From the sequence record OR538032.1: 64,000 nt of DNA; one strand, 5' to 3'. The translations under genes were made by a program, and so were the position numbers. Of this stretch, positions 62,476 to 64,000 are shown in pieces; positions within the stretch are counted from its first letter, which is position 1, and every line of letters begins with the position of its first letter. The notes beneath the pieces were generated by a model. It was not told the origin of the DNA and did not search any database. It worked only from the letters and a program-made list of their open reading frames with translations.

Positions 62476-62928
62476 ATGATTACACTAATTCAAGACCAAA
62501 ACTCTCTTCAATTCATGTTCAATGATGACGTGTTGCTGTCTGCAACATGGGAATCATACATCGATCAAAATTATCACTGTGAAGTTTTCCAAACTGCTAT
62601 TGTCGAAATTCCATCCATCGGCTGCACTGTCGTACGCGAAGAACACGAGGCACAGAATCTAATCGAAACGCTTCGTATGCAACGCACGCTATTCCACGAC
62701 GATTATGCTGTCATCACTGATCTATTTCCTCATGTTGTGCTTGAGCAAAAGCATCATTATTGGGAATGTGATTGCTGTGGCGGAGTACACGACGTATCAA
62801 CTACCATTTTCAACAAACATTCTCGCAAGCAATTAGAATATTATCACGAAGATCACTTCGGTAATAGCACTGCGCCCATGCCACATGAATTGCTTGAGTT
62901 CTGTCTATATGGGTGGCTCGTTGTTTAA
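62476..62928 (+). CDS. hypothetical protein
   Basis: ORF with CDCCG. Confidence 0.7.
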   Translation: MITLIQDQNSLQFMFNDDVLLSATWESYIDQNYHCEVFQTAIVEIPSIGCTVVREEHEAQNLIETLRMQRTLFHDDYAVITDLFPHVVLEQKHHYWECDCCGGVHDVSTTIFNKHSRKQLEYYHEDHFGNSTAPMPHELLEFCLYGWLVV

Positions 62929-63295
62929 TCCTCGCGTACTCGTTTGCGGCGGTCGCAAATTTAATGATCGAAAACTTGTTTATGCTGCGCTCGACAAGCT
63001 ATACAATAGCAATTATATCGGTCGAATGACTATTATCGAGGGCGGCGCATTAGGCGCGGATCGACTTGCGCAAGATTGGGCGAATCAAGCGCATATCGAC
63101 GTTGACTTAATAACATGCGAAGCCGAATGGGAAAAGTATGGCGATTCTGCGGGCTATCGACGCAACAAAGACATGGCTGATCTCAGACCAGACATTTGTT
63201 TGGCATTTAAAGGTGGTCGTGGCACTCAGAACATGATAGACATCTGTCGAGAACGTTCAATCAAAGTGCATACAATCAATTGGAAATATAGATGA
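62909..63295 (+). CDS. SLOG-family protein (YspA/DUF2493-like)
   Basis: RVLVCGGR, IIEGGALGAD, AGYRRNKDM, AFKGGRGTQNM. Confidence 0.85.
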   Translation: MGGSLFNPRVLVCGGRKFNDRKLVYAALDKLYNSNYIGRMTIIEGGALGADRLAQDWANQAHIDVDLITCEAEWEKYGDSAGYRRNKDMADLRPDICLAFKGGRGTQNMIDICRERSIKVHTINWKYR

Positions 63296-63306
63296 GGAAA
63301 AGATAA

Positions 63307-64000
63307 GTGGGTTTAACTAATTGCCAACAAGGCGCTATGGATGCATTTCTTGAATCAGACGGTCACATGACTATCTCTGGTCCCGCTGGCTCTGGTAAGA
63401 CATTCTTGATGAAATCAATTCTCGAAGCTCTTGAGTCGAAAGGGAAGAATGTCACAATGGTGACACCAACTCACCAAGCAAAGAACGTACTGCACAAAGC
63501 AACTGGTCAAGAAGTCTCGACTATTCATAGTTTGCTTAAAATTCACCCTGACACATACGAAGATCAAAAGCACTTCACACAATCAGGCGAAGTTGAAGGT
63601 CTAGACGAAATCGACGTGCTTGTTGTCGAAGAAGCAAGTATGGTTGATGAAGAGCTATTTCAAATCACTGGTAGAACAATGCCACGCAAGTGTCGCATTC
63701 TAGCAGTTGGTGACAAATATCAGCTTCAGCCAGTTAAGCACGACCCTGGTGTGATCTCACCATTCTTCACTAAGTTCACTACGTTTGAAATGAATGAAGT
63801 CGTGCGACAAGCGAAAGACAATCCGCTGATTCAAGTCGCAACTGAAGTACGAAACGGTCAATGGCTACGCACTAACTGGTCGAAAGAACGTCGTCAAGGC
63901 GTGCTGCACGTGCCAAACGTGAACAAAATGCTAGACACATACTTGAGCAAAGTGAACAGCCCTGAAGACCTGCTTGACTATCGCATTCTCGCGTACACAA
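63307..64000 (+). CDS. dda: Dda DNA helicase (5' part, truncated by window end)
   Basis: GTG start; GPAGSGKT, TPTHQAK, TIHS.LKI.P, VEEASM, GDKYQLQPV. Confidence 0.95.
   Translation, partial: MGLTNCQQGAMDAFLESDGHMTISGPAGSGKTFLMKSILEALESKGKNVTMVTPTHQAKNVLHKATGQEVSTIHSLLKIHPDTYEDQKHFTQSGEVEGLDEIDVLVVEEASMVDEELFQITGRTMPRKCRILAVGDKYQLQPVKHDPGVISPFFTKFTTFEMNEVVRQAKDNPLIQVATEVRNGQWLRTNWSKERRQGVLHVPNVNKMLDTYLSKVNSPEDLLDYRILAYT

Overview
64 kb of a T4-like myovirus genome. Gene content and order (g30, alt-like, g24, g55, g47/46, g45/44/62, regA, g43, rnlA, pseT, cd, a 7-deazaguanine cluster, g31, g49, rnlB, rIIA/B, dda) most resemble KVP40/nt-1-like Vibrio phages. That assignment is recognition from memory, not a database result. 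Coding is dense and almost all on the + strand; only four real genes lie on the - strand. I saw no tRNA, rRNA, CRISPR array, intron or transposon. Main observations: (1) two dispersed copies (about 8.9 kb and 52.2 kb) of an unexplained non-coding element, a covarying hairpin followed by TTAG repeated at an exact 9-bp period; (2) about ten genes, mostly behind late-type TAAATA boxes, with T4-like capsid-targeting N-termini, including a four-member paralog family with a shared N-domain and swapped C-domains, an Alt-like protein with DxD in place of the catalytic ExE, a methyltransferase and a zincin; (3) two sigma70-like promoter classes, one often fused into terminator hairpins and followed by a conserved ATCGAAACGA start motif; (4) a structured late leader or small RNA at about 60.1 kb; (5) layered anti-defence genes (NADAR, macrodomain, ArdA-like, Lar-like, DNA MTase, 7-deazaguanine pathway) and a K+ channel. 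All family calls come from motif recognition and need HMM or structure confirmation.
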